From Spirochaetia bacterium (GTDB taxonomy: Bacteria; Spirochaetota; Spirochaetia; CADAEX01), in NCBI GenBank assembly GCA_045606105.1, contig JAZURI010000003.1:32001-96000 (forward strand): a DNA stretch of 64,000 nucleotides, in the 5' to 3' direction. A program made the position numbers and the translations under genes. Below, piece by piece: positions 19,519-28,230 of the stretch. Position 1 is the first letter of the stretch. Every line of letters begins with the position of its first letter. A model generated the notes under the pieces. It was not told the origin of the DNA. It saw only the letters and a list, made by a program, of their open reading frames with translations, and made no database searches.

Positions 19519-20439
19519 TTGGACAGATATATTTCCTATCTTACAGATATCAGGAAACTCTCAAAGGCAACAATAAAGGCCTACACCGGGGATCTGGATG
19601 AATATTTCTCATACATGACCTCCAATGGGGAGAATCCGGATAATCCTGACAGGAACTGCGGAAGGAAATATGTGGCCCATCTGTCAAGAAAGGGATTTGA
19701 TCCGAGAAGCATCAACAGGAAAATTTCCTGCCTGAGAAAATATTATGCTTACAGGATCAGGGAAAAAGAGAGCTCCTTCAATCCTTTCGATTTTGTAAAA
19801 GCTCTGAAAACAGACCGTAAGCTGCCGGTATATCTTTCAGCCGGAGAAATAAACAGACTTGACGGTCAGACAGAAAAAAGAGAATCCGTGAGTGCTGCTC
19901 TGGGTGCCCGTGACAATGCCCTTTTCCACTTTCTCTACGCATCAGGATGCCGTATTTCCGAAGCTCTTTCCATCAATCTGGAAAAGGTGGATTTCAGCCG
20001 GAGAGAAATCGTTATCACAGGAAAGGGAAACAAGCAGCGGGTTGTTTTTTTCGGAGACCGGGGATACGAGGCTCTGGAAAAATATCTCCCTTACAGGGAA
20101 GAAATCCTGAATGCAAACCAGAGCAAAACCAAGGCCCTTTTTGTCAGCAGCAGAGGAAAGAGGCTGACAGCCGGTGGTGCTTCATACATACTCGGAAAAT
20201 ATATGGCGGAAAGCGGAATAGACAAGAAGGTTACACTTCATACCTTCAGGCACACATTTGCCACCCATATCCTGGAAAACGGAGCCGATATCAGGGCTGT
20301 ACAGGAGCTTATGGGCCATTCCGGACTTTCTTCGACACAGATTTATACCCATGTGGGAATAGGCAGACTGAAGGATATTCACCGTATTGCCCATCCCCAC
20401 GGAAGGCTTGATAACCAAGGAGAAAAACATGGAATTTAG
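19519..20439 (+). CDS. xerC: Tyrosine recombinase, XerC-like
   Basis: [40 protein letters not shown]; follows topA. Confidence 0.88.
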   Translation: MDRYISYLTDIRKLSKATIKAYTGDLDEYFSYMTSNGENPDNPDRNCGRKYVAHLSRKGFDPRSINRKISCLRKYYAYRIREKESSFNPFDFVKALKTDRKLPVYLSAGEINRLDGQTEKRESVSAALGARDNALFHFLYASGCRISEALSINLEKVDFSRREIVITGKGNKQRVVFFGDRGYEALEKYLPYREEILNANQSKTKALFVSSRGKRLTAGGASYILGKYMAESGIDKKVTLHTFRHTFATHILENGADIRAVQELMGHSGLSSTQIYTHVGIGRLKDIHRIAHPHGRLDNQGEKHGI

Positions 20440-20962
20440 AGGAACTACCATCCTTGCCGTAAGAAAGGGGGGAAAAACAGCCATGGCCGGAGACGGACAG
20501 GTAACCCTTGACAAGACTGTAATGAAAGGACATGCGCGTAAGGTCCGCAAGATATATGACGGAAAGATTCTGGTGGGATTTGCCGGTGCTACGGCAGATG
20601 CCTTCACCCTTTTCGAGAAATTTGAAGGAAAGCTCAAGGAATTCAACGGGGACATGACCCGCAGTGCCGTAGAGCTGGCCAAGGAATGGAGAACAGACCG
20701 TGCTCTCCGTCGTCTGGAGGCAATGCTTCTGGCTGCCGATGCCGGCAAGATACTCCTTATTTCAGGTACCGGCGACGTGGTGGAGCCGGACGAGGATACC
20801 CTGGCCATCGGCTCCGGCGGAAACTATGCCTATGCTGCAGCCCTTGCCCTTCTCCGGGCCGATGTTGCAATGGAGGCATCCGAGGTGGCCAGGAAATCCC
20901 TGGAAATAGCATCTCAGATCTGTATCTATACTAACGACAATATTATCGTGGAGGAGCTCTGA
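20429..20962 (+). CDS. hslV: ATP-dependent protease subunit HslV
   Basis: [32 protein letters not shown]. Confidence 0.97.
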   Translation: MEFRGTTILAVRKGGKTAMAGDGQVTLDKTVMKGHARKVRKIYDGKILVGFAGATADAFTLFEKFEGKLKEFNGDMTRSAVELAKEWRTDRALRRLEAMLLAADAGKILLISGTGDVVEPDEDTLAIGSGGNYAYAAALALLRADVAMEASEVARKSLEIASQICIYTNDNIIVEEL

Positions 20963-22320
20963 TGTTGGATTTTGATCAGCTTACACCGAAACAGATAGTT
21001 GAAGAACTTGATAAATATATCATCGGCCAGAACAATGCAAAGAAGGTCGTGGCCATGGCACTCAGGAACAGAGTCAGGAGAAAACAGCTCCCGGAGGCAC
21101 TCAGGGAAGAGGTTATTCCAAAGAACATCATCATGATCGGTTCCACAGGTGTAGGAAAGACAGAAATAGCCAGAAGACTTTCAAAGCTTTCAGGAGCCCC
21201 ATTTGTAAAGGTGGAGGCTACTAAATATACCGAGGTAGGCTATGTGGGCCGCGATGTGGAGTCCATAATCAGGGACCTTATGTCAGTGGCTGTAAACATG
21301 GTCAAGTCAGAAATGAGAAATGGTGTGGAGGCCGATGCAAAGGCCCGTGTCGAGGAACTTATCCTTGATGCCCTTCTTCCCGGAACCGGAAACAAGCCGC
21401 TTGCCGAGGGCGAAAACCAGGTTCCTCAGATTCCTGCCGGAGATTCCTCTCTCAGGGAAAAGTTCAGGAACAAGCTCCGGAACAACGAACTTGAGGAGAA
21501 GCAGATAGAGATAGATGTGAATCAGGGCGGATTCCAGCCGATGGAGATTTTTGCAGGAACCGGAATGGATGACATGGGTCTCAATTTCGGAAGCATTACC
21601 GGCATGCTGGGCAATAAGAAAAAGAAACGGAGAACCAGTGTAAAGAATGCCAGGGAGCTTCTTCTCGAAGAGGAAATTGACAAGCTTATCGATACAGACA
21701 AGGTTTCCGAAATTGCAAGAAAGCGTACCCAGGAGATGGGTATCGTGTTTATCGATGAAATTGACAAGGTGGCCGGCAGACAGAGTACCGGCGGTGCCGA
21801 TGTATCCAGGGAAGGGGTCCAGAGAGACATTCTTCCTATCGTGGAGGGCTGCAAGGTCAATACAAAATATGGAATGGTGGATACCACCCATATCCTTTTC
21901 ATTGCAGCAGGTGCTTTCCACATGAGCAAGCCGTCGGACCTTATTCCTGAGCTTCAGGGACGTTTTCCTCTCAGGGTTGAGCTGGGAAGCCTCAAGGCCG
22001 ATGAATTTGAGAAAATACTTACAGTACCGAAAAATGCACTTATCAAGCAGTATGAGGCCCTTATGGATACGGAAGGGGTAAAGCTTGAGTTCACACCGGA
22101 AGCCGTAAGAAGAATTGCGGTTATCTCGGAGGAACTGAATTCCGGTACGGAAAATATCGGGGCAAGAAGACTTCATACCATTATGGAGCTTCTTCTGGAA
22201 GAGGTCTCTTTCTCGGCTCCTGAGCTGAAGGGACAGACCATAACCATAACTCCGCAGTATGTGGACGAAAGACTTCACGGAGTATTGGGAGACCAGGATC
22301 TGGCAAAATATATCCTTTAG
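20962..22320 (+). CDS. hslU: ATP-dependent protease ATPase HslU
   Basis: GSTGVGKTEIARR, GYVGRDVES, FIDEIDK, NIGARRL. Confidence 0.98.
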   Translation: MLDFDQLTPKQIVEELDKYIIGQNNAKKVVAMALRNRVRRKQLPEALREEVIPKNIIMIGSTGVGKTEIARRLSKLSGAPFVKVEATKYTEVGYVGRDVESIIRDLMSVAVNMVKSEMRNGVEADAKARVEELILDALLPGTGNKPLAEGENQVPQIPAGDSSLREKFRNKLRNNELEEKQIEIDVNQGGFQPMEIFAGTGMDDMGLNFGSITGMLGNKKKKRRTSVKNARELLLEEEIDKLIDTDKVSEIARKRTQEMGIVFIDEIDKVAGRQSTGGADVSREGVQRDILPIVEGCKVNTKYGMVDTTHILFIAAGAFHMSKPSDLIPELQGRFPLRVELGSLKADEFEKILTVPKNALIKQYEALMDTEGVKLEFTPEAVRRIAVISEELNSGTENIGARRLHTIMELLLEEVSFSAPELKGQTITITPQYVDERLHGVLGDQDLAKYIL

Positions 22321-22331
22321 GGAGGGGAGAT

Positions 22332-23270
22332 ATGAGAGAGCAGATTTCAAACTTATGGAAAAATCTTAAAAACGGACAGAAAGTTACACTGATAATGATT
22401 TTTGTTGCTGCTTTTGCCGGAATTCTGTTTCTGTGCTCGGCAGGAACCACATCCTTCAAGACACCGCTCTTTACCGCACCTATCGGGGATAAGGATGTTA
22501 TCAGCCGTATTTCAATCCGTCTTGACCGGGCCGGTGTGGAGCATTCCCTCAGGGACGGGATGATTTTTGTAAATGACAAGGAATCTGCCGGAAAGATGGT
22601 AGCTCTTCTGGTAAGGGAAGATCTGGTGCCTAAGGAAGCTTCTCCATGGGATGTTTTCAGGATGGACAGATGGACCACCACCGATTTCGAGCGCAATGTC
22701 AATCTCCGCCGTGCCATTACAGAAGGGCTTGAAAACCATATCGAGTCCCTGGATGACATAGATAAGGCCGGAATTACCCTGGTAATGCCTGAAAAGGAGC
22801 TTTTCTCCGAGGATCAGAAAGAGGTTACCGCCTCCATTATCCTTACAGTCAGACCCGGCTCCGACTTCATCTACAACAGAAAGAAGATCGAAGGAATCAT
22901 AAAGCTGGTAAAGTTTGCGGTGGAAGGGCTTGAAACAGAAAATATCACTATCTGCGATACTGCAGGAAATGTCCTCAGCGACCTGTCGGCACTTCCTGTA
23001 CCGCCTCAGGGTATGCAGATAACCGAACCTGAACAGACCGGGATTATAAAGGAAAGCAATACTCTTTTCTTTATCGGTGAGTTCGGAGTAGGATACAATC
23101 ACATATACATGGCTCTTGGTGCTGCTGCCGTAATTGTCATTGCCGTGTTTGCAGTCAGGGGTATCAGAAAGAAAAAGGATGAAGCTCTTCTTTCAGATGC
23201 AAGGAAAATTGCTTCCGAAAATCCGGAAGAAGTTGCCAGACTTATCAAGATGTGGCTTTCGGAGGGGTAG
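22332..23270 (+). CDS. fliF: Internally deleted MS-ring protein FliF (312 aa; RBM1-RBM2 and C-terminal FliG-binding helix kept)
   Basis: TM1, WTTTDFERNVNLRRAI, TASIIL, AVEGLETENITICD, then TM2 and ENPEEVARLIKMWL; about 250 aa shorter than canonical FliF. Confidence 0.88.
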   Translation: MREQISNLWKNLKNGQKVTLIMIFVAAFAGILFLCSAGTTSFKTPLFTAPIGDKDVISRISIRLDRAGVEHSLRDGMIFVNDKESAGKMVALLVREDLVPKEASPWDVFRMDRWTTTDFERNVNLRRAITEGLENHIESLDDIDKAGITLVMPEKELFSEDQKEVTASIILTVRPGSDFIYNRKKIEGIIKLVKFAVEGLETENITICDTAGNVLSDLSALPVPPQGMQITEPEQTGIIKESNTLFFIGEFGVGYNHIYMALGAAAVIVIAVFAVRGIRKKKDEALLSDARKIASENPEEVARLIKMWLSEG

Positions 23271-23273
23271 AAT

Positions 23274-24242
23274 ATGAAGAAAAAACTTTCCGGAAAAGAG
23301 AAAGCTGCCGTATTCATCATGGCTCTGGGATCTGAGATCTCCTCTTCCGTATGCAGTCATCTCTGCAGTGAAGACCAGGAAATCCTCTCCTATGAAATAG
23401 CAGCCAGAAGAATAACCGGTGCCTGCAGCGTAAAGTCTGTTCTGTCTGAATTCAGGAATCTCATGAAGGCAGGTAACCTTACCGTTATCGGAGGAATCGA
23501 CTATGCCGGTTCAGTTCTTAAAAGGACAATGGGACTTGAAAAAGCAGAAGAAATCATCAGCCGTATTTCCCTGTTCATGCACAGGAAGCCCTTTGATTCC
23601 ATAAGAAAGGTTGCGCCGGATTCGCTTCTTGCCCTTCTGAAAGGGGAACATCCCCAGACCATAGCCGTGGTTCTTGCCAATGTGGAGCCGGAAAAGGCCT
23701 CTTCAATCCTTGCCAGACTGCCTCGTGAAATCCAGTCGGATGTGGCAAAGCGTATTGCCGTATTGGACAGAACCGAACCTGAAACTCTTCTCAGAATTGA
23801 GAAAATCATCGAAAGAAAGCATGCTATGGCTTCTGCTGCCGGAGAATACAGGGGCGGAATAGAAAGCATCATCGAAATACTGAACCATATGGACCGCAGC
23901 TCCGGGGACAATATTATAAGTACCATTCTCAGGGAGGATTCTCTCCTGTCAGCCAGACTCAGGGAAAAGAATCTCAGCTTCGACGATATTGCATTGCTGG
24001 ACAATCCTTCTGTTATCCGGATAATCAGGGAAACCGATCCGGTTGAAATCGAGAAGGCACTCCGTACAGCCGATTACAGGGTACGGGAAAAAATCATGAA
24101 CAATCTCTCCTCCGAGGTTTCCGAAAAGGTAAGAAACAACGAGGGTCGTCCTATTCTGATTGCCGATATCGAGGCTGCACAGAACAGGATAACAGGGCTT
24201 TTGAAAAAGCTTATGGAACAGGGCGAAATTGCTTTTGCATGA
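23274..24242 (+). CDS. fliG: Divergent C-ring protein FliG
   Basis: LSGKEKAA, GGIDYA, EHPQTIA, GGIESI and C-terminal GEI; MFxF motif and torque helix degenerate. Confidence 0.93.
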   Translation: MKKKLSGKEKAAVFIMALGSEISSSVCSHLCSEDQEILSYEIAARRITGACSVKSVLSEFRNLMKAGNLTVIGGIDYAGSVLKRTMGLEKAEEIISRISLFMHRKPFDSIRKVAPDSLLALLKGEHPQTIAVVLANVEPEKASSILARLPREIQSDVAKRIAVLDRTEPETLLRIEKIIERKHAMASAAGEYRGGIESIIEILNHMDRSSGDNIISTILREDSLLSARLREKNLSFDDIALLDNPSVIRIIRETDPVEIEKALRTADYRVREKIMNNLSSEVSEKVRNNEGRPILIADIEAAQNRITGLLKKLMEQGEIAFA

Positions 24243-24253
24243 AGAGGTAACTG

Positions 24254-24904
24254 ATGTCAGATATACTTTTTAAAGCCGTAGATATAGCAGAACTGGAAAA
24301 TGCCAAGGCGCTGGAGAACCGGGAAAATGCCTGTGCCGAGGCAGAAAGCATAAGGGCTCAGGCCCGTGCCGAAGCGGAGCGTATACTGGCCGAGGCTGAA
24401 AAGAATGCCCGTCTTGCCGAAAGGAAAGGGGAACAGAAGGGGCGTGATGCAGGCTTCCGGGAGGGACTTGCAGAGGTTTCCATGGTTGCGGAAAGAATCC
24501 GTTCCGTTCTTGTGAGGCTTACGGAGGAAAAGGACAGGATGCTGGCTTCTGCAGAGGATGAACTTGCCTCCCTGGCTCTTGAAATTGCAGAAAAGATAGT
24601 TAAAAGAAGCTGTGAGGAATACCGGGAAACAGCTGTTGAGAACATAAGGCATGCACTGACAGGCATCGGTGAAAGCTCAGAGGTGACAATCAGGGTCAAT
24701 CTGGAGGATATCGATATATCCCAGACCCATCTCAGGGATTTTCAGTCTGCATGTTCTGATGGCGGAAAAATCAAAATAGTACCGGAGCCGTCGGTGGAAA
24801 GGGGCGGCTGCATAGTCGAGACCGGATCATGCCGTATCGATGCCACAGTCTCATCCCAGCTCAGGGCTGTGGAAAGGATATGGAAAGATGTTCGGGAAGT
24901 ATAG
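24254..24904 (+). CDS. fliH: Export apparatus protein FliH (shortened)
   Basis: GxxxG repeats (GEQKGRDAGFREG), TIRVN, VERGGCIVET..IDAT. Confidence 0.88.
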   Translation: MSDILFKAVDIAELENAKALENRENACAEAESIRAQARAEAERILAEAEKNARLAERKGEQKGRDAGFREGLAEVSMVAERIRSVLVRLTEEKDRMLASAEDELASLALEIAEKIVKRSCEEYRETAVENIRHALTGIGESSEVTIRVNLEDIDISQTHLRDFQSACSDGGKIKIVPEPSVERGGCIVETGSCRIDATVSSQLRAVERIWKDVREV

Positions 24905-25154
24905 GGAAGCCCTTCGGAAAAGGGATACGCTGACCTTTACCGGCAGGATAGTCAAGGTTTCGGAAAACCTGGCCGAAAGCATAGGGCCGGCAGTGGCACT
25001 GGGCGATATCTGCCGCATAATTATTCCATCCACAGGCGAAGGTATCAGGGCCGAGGTAATCGGTCTGGACCGGGAAACAGTCTGCCTCAGGGCAGCCGGC
25101 TCTCTCAAGGGGGTCAGGATCGGCTCTGTAGTGGAAGCGGAAAACAGCTTGTAA
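24888..25154 (+). CDS. fliI: FliI N-terminal fragment only (88 aa, no ATPase domain); mini-protein or pseudogene
   Basis: MFGKYREAL...TGRIVKV...ESIGP..LGDIC...AEVIGL matches the FliI N-terminal beta-barrel; ends TAA TAA; no Walker A seen in the ORF-track translations downstream. Confidence 0.8.
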   Translation: MFGKYREALRKRDTLTFTGRIVKVSENLAESIGPAVALGDICRIIIPSTGEGIRAEVIGLDRETVCLRAAGSLKGVRIGSVVEAENSL

Positions 25155-25199
25155 TAAAATTTCACTTATATATCAGACCGAAAAGTTCGACAATTAAGT

Positions 25200-25604
25200 A
25201 TGGTGCAGTTTTTATATCCCGTACTAAGAGAGCCGGACATTCTCAGGAAATATCCCACAGAAATCGTTGATATGACAAAAATCGGCAATTCAGTGAAGAG
25301 AATCACTGCCGAGGTTATAATCCCTGGAGTAGGCTTTGCCTCCGTATCCCTGAAATTCAACGGTAACAGGTTCACCATGGATATTGCTGTAAACCGCAGC
25401 GGGGTAAAGAAGCTGGTGGAGGAGAGAATCCATGAGCTTGTAAGCAGGTATAAATCCCCCGATTATATCCTTACAGAGCTTTCCGTAAGGCTGGATGAGG
25501 AAAGGCTGTGCACATCCGGTTCCTGTCTCGATATCATGTCTGACAGGTGGCTCAATATCGTTTATCCCGACTCATCATCATGTCATCTGGAAACCTTTGC
25601 CTAA
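25200..25604 (+). CDS. Hypothetical protein resembling a stand-alone FliK C-terminal (T3S4) domain
   Basis: IIPGVGFASVSLKFNGNRFTMDIAVNRSGVKKLVEERIHELVSRY resembles the L.P..LG.V.I...beta-beta-alpha pattern; lies where fliK is expected. Confidence 0.5.
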   Translation: MVQFLYPVLREPDILRKYPTEIVDMTKIGNSVKRITAEVIIPGVGFASVSLKFNGNRFTMDIAVNRSGVKKLVEERIHELVSRYKSPDYILTELSVRLDEERLCTSGSCLDIMSDRWLNIVYPDSSSCHLETFA

Positions 25605-25675
25605 TAATATATTTATATTAAATAATAAAGAAACAGTTTGCAAAATTACGGTATGTTTGCTAAAATATATGCAGT
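25605..25675 (+). promoter_or_regulatory. Sigma70-type promoter inside the fla cluster
   Basis: AT-rich UP tract, TTGCAA (25638-43), 17-nt spacer, TGc-TAAAAT (25661-66), ATG 9 nt later. Confidence 0.7.
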
Positions 25676-26647
25676 ATGCAGGATGGGGCATGGGATTACA
25701 GTTCTTATAAATCTCTGTTGACAGCTTTTTCGGAAGCTTTTGCTCTCCTTGCATCCGTAAAAAACGGTATTTCCATTGAATTTTCAGAACTGAAGCAGAC
25801 AGTTTACAGCCGATATGTAAGGTCTCAGCCAAGCTATACCGCATCACTTCTTCTTGACTGGAACGGAATCGGGATTACGGCAGATGCAGATCCCGGTCTT
25901 TCATTTTACGTGCTGGAGAGACTTCTCGGAGGAAACGGCAGTCCGGGTATAGTGAACAGGCCTCTTTCGGTAATAGAGCAGGCTGTGGTTTCAGATTTTT
26001 TTTCAAGGCTTGCGGAGGGGCTGGGTACTGTTGCCGGCTGGTGCGGTTCAGAAGCTCCGGAATGGAAAAAGCTTTATCCTTCGGTATCGGAGACAGGGCT
26101 TACAGAGGAGGAATCCCCGGTTGTCATCCTGTCTTTCAATGCAGACGGAAAAAAGGATAACCTTAGAATTGTTTTCCCTGCAGCTGCAGGCAGTGCATTA
26201 TGTGCCCTGTTGTCAGAGGCTTTTGCCGAAGATGGCAGTGTAAGGTTTTCTGCAGAGACGGAGGGAGTGGTTCTTTCTGAAACGGAAAGGGCAGATCTGG
26301 GAATCGGCGATGTTATTGCATTGGGTAAACCGGGAAACCTGCTGCAGTTCAGGATCGGAAAGAAGTTATGCTGCAGATGTGAAACCGGTCTGTCAGGGGA
26401 TAAACCTGCGGTACGGACCGTGGATGTCATGCCGGAGCCTGAAAGGGATGGGACTGTAACCGTTCTTTTCGGCCGGGGAAGGATCGGAGTGGCTCAGGCG
26501 GCGGCTCCGGAAAAGGGAATAACAGCCCTGGTGGACAGAAAAAAGGGAGAGCCGGCCGGGCTTCTTGTCTCAGGAAAGGCTGTTGCTCTGTGTGAATTTG
26601 TAATGCTTGAGGATAAGCTGGGAGTGCGTATCATAAAGTTGATTTGA
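25676..26647 (+). CDS. fliM: FliM middle/SpoA domains fused to a FliN-like SpoA domain; no CheY-binding N-terminus
   Basis: LERLLGGNG...RPLSVIE (FliM middle), LGIGDVIAL...GKKLCCRCETG (SpoA1), VTVLFGR...GEPAGLLVSGKAVALCEFVMLEDKLGVRI (FliN SpoA). Confidence 0.8.
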   Translation: MQDGAWDYSSYKSLLTAFSEAFALLASVKNGISIEFSELKQTVYSRYVRSQPSYTASLLLDWNGIGITADADPGLSFYVLERLLGGNGSPGIVNRPLSVIEQAVVSDFFSRLAEGLGTVAGWCGSEAPEWKKLYPSVSETGLTEEESPVVILSFNADGKKDNLRIVFPAAAGSALCALLSEAFAEDGSVRFSAETEGVVLSETERADLGIGDVIALGKPGNLLQFRIGKKLCCRCETGLSGDKPAVRTVDVMPEPERDGTVTVLFGRGRIGVAQAAAPEKGITALVDRKKGEPAGLLVSGKAVALCEFVMLEDKLGVRIIKLI

Positions 26648-26678
26648 ATATGATGTTTTAAAATCTCTGGGAGGGGAC

Positions 26679-27173
26679 GTGAAAAACATTCTTTTAACAA
26701 TAATTTTGTCTCTTAATATATTTTCTGCACAGCATGTGTTCTGTGATACATTTTCTGCTGCGGATGAAAGTTCATTATCCATAGGGGGCGGCAGCAGTGC
26801 CGGTGTCCGGGCTGCTTCTCCGGTATTTTCCTCAGGGGACCTTTTCAGGATGATACTGGTTCTGGTGCTGGTTACCGCACTGATCTATGCAGTTTTCCAT
26901 CTCCTCAGGAAATTCCGTTTTTCAGAGAACGGGGGAGACAAGGGGGATATCCGCATTCTTTCCAGCAAGGGACTGGGACCTGGAAAGGCACTCCATGTGG
27001 TTGAGATTGCCGGCCGGTATTTTGTTATCGGTGCTTCCGACAACTCTGTTTCATGTATTACCGAGCTTACGGAGGAAGAGGGAAGGAAAATCGGTACCGG
27101 ACAATCCGTATCAGGCTTCTCCCTTGCGGAAAATCTCCGTAAAATCAAGGCCTGCAGGGAGAGACTGAAATGA
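26679..27173 (+). CDS. fliO: FliO/FliZ export-gate assembly factor
   Basis: TM followed by IRILSSKGLGPGKALHVVEIAGRYFVIGASDNSVSCI; immediately upstream of fliP. Confidence 0.85.
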   Translation: MKNILLTIILSLNIFSAQHVFCDTFSAADESSLSIGGGSSAGVRAASPVFSSGDLFRMILVLVLVTALIYAVFHLLRKFRFSENGGDKGDIRILSSKGLGPGKALHVVEIAGRYFVIGASDNSVSCITELTEEEGRKIGTGQSVSGFSLAENLRKIKACRERLK

Positions 27174-27952
27174 AAAAAGTACTTCTTCTGGTTTTACTTA
27201 TGGGATTATTCCTTTCTGCAGAGCTCTTTGCTTCCGAAAGCAATGCTTCAGGCGGTTTTGCCCTCCCTTCCGTAGAAATAAACATGGGAGAAGGGGCTGT
27301 AAACACCGGTGACAATGAAAAGACTGCCTCCTCCATAAAGCTGCTGCTGCTCCTTTCAGTAATTGCCATAGCCCCTTCGGTGCTGCTTCTCTGCACCTCC
27401 TTCATAAGGATAGCCGTGGTTCTGGATTTCATAAAGCGTTCCCTGTCGCTGCAGCAGACTCCACCCAATCAGATAATCATGGGACTGGCCCTTTTCCTTA
27501 CGGTCTTCATCATGTGGCCTGTCTTTGACGATATTTATCAGAATTCCTTCAAGCCTTTTTCCCAGGGGGAGATAGAGGCTTCCGAAATGTATGGCAGGGC
27601 TGAAAAGCCTCTCAGGATATTCATGTACAACCAGCTCAGGGATAACCCGGAAAACATCAGGCTTTTCATGAATCTCAGCGGTCTTCCGAAGCCGGCAAAC
27701 CTTTCCGAGGTTCCGACCTATGTCCTGGTTCCTGCCTTTGCACTCAACGAACTTACGGTGGCGTTCAGGATCGGTGTCCTTATTTTCATACCGTTCCTGG
27801 TTATAGATATGATAGTGGCATCCATTCTCATGTCCATGGGGATGGTCATGGTACCACCTGTAATGGTGTCTCTTCCGTTCAAGCTGATGGTATTTGTCCT
27901 TGCTGACGGATGGAACCTTATAATTGGCCGGTTGCTCAGCAGCTTTGTCTAG
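27170..27952 (+). CDS. fliP: Export gate protein FliP
   Basis: TSFIRIAVVL, QQTPPNQI, PAFALNELTVAF, LMSMGMVMVPP, LPFKL..DGW. Confidence 0.97.
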   Translation: MKKVLLLVLLMGLFLSAELFASESNASGGFALPSVEINMGEGAVNTGDNEKTASSIKLLLLLSVIAIAPSVLLLCTSFIRIAVVLDFIKRSLSLQQTPPNQIIMGLALFLTVFIMWPVFDDIYQNSFKPFSQGEIEASEMYGRAEKPLRIFMYNQLRDNPENIRLFMNLSGLPKPANLSEVPTYVLVPAFALNELTVAFRIGVLIFIPFLVIDMIVASILMSMGMVMVPPVMVSLPFKLMVFVLADGWNLIIGRLLSSFV

Positions 27953-27960
27953 GAGATAAA

Positions 27961-28230
27961 ATGGAACTCGGTGATGCTGTATACATTTTCAAGACATCCC
28001 TGATTCAGGTACTGCTTGTTGCCTCTCCGGTGCTTCTGGTCAGTCTTCTTGTGGGGCTGATAGTGTCGTTTTTCCAGTCGGCAACCTCAATCCACGAGCA
28101 GACTCTGGTATTTATTCCTAAAATTCTGGCAGTTCTCCTGGTCCTGATACTTCTGGGGGGCTGGATGATTTCTGCCATAGAGCAGTATACGCTGCATATA
28201 TTTGACATGATTCCGGGGATGACTGAATGA
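27961..28230 (+). CDS. fliQ: Export gate protein FliQ
   Basis: VGLIVSFFQSATSIHEQTLVFIPKI; AGGAG SD before ATG 27961. Confidence 0.95.
   Translation: MELGDAVYIFKTSLIQVLLVASPVLLVSLLVGLIVSFFQSATSIHEQTLVFIPKILAVLLVLILLGGWMISAIEQYTLHIFDMIPGMTE

Noticed and set aside
15479-20439. Two tyrosine recombinases as a sign of a prophage or integrative element
   Set aside because: They are XerD/XerC-like in the conserved ftsZ-xerD-dprA-topA-xerC-hslVU context; no att sites or phage genes seen.
25155-25184. Sigma-28-like promoter TAAA...ACCGAAAA before the FliK-like ORF
   Set aside because: Spacer is 18 nt rather than 15-16, and the -10 has two mismatches.
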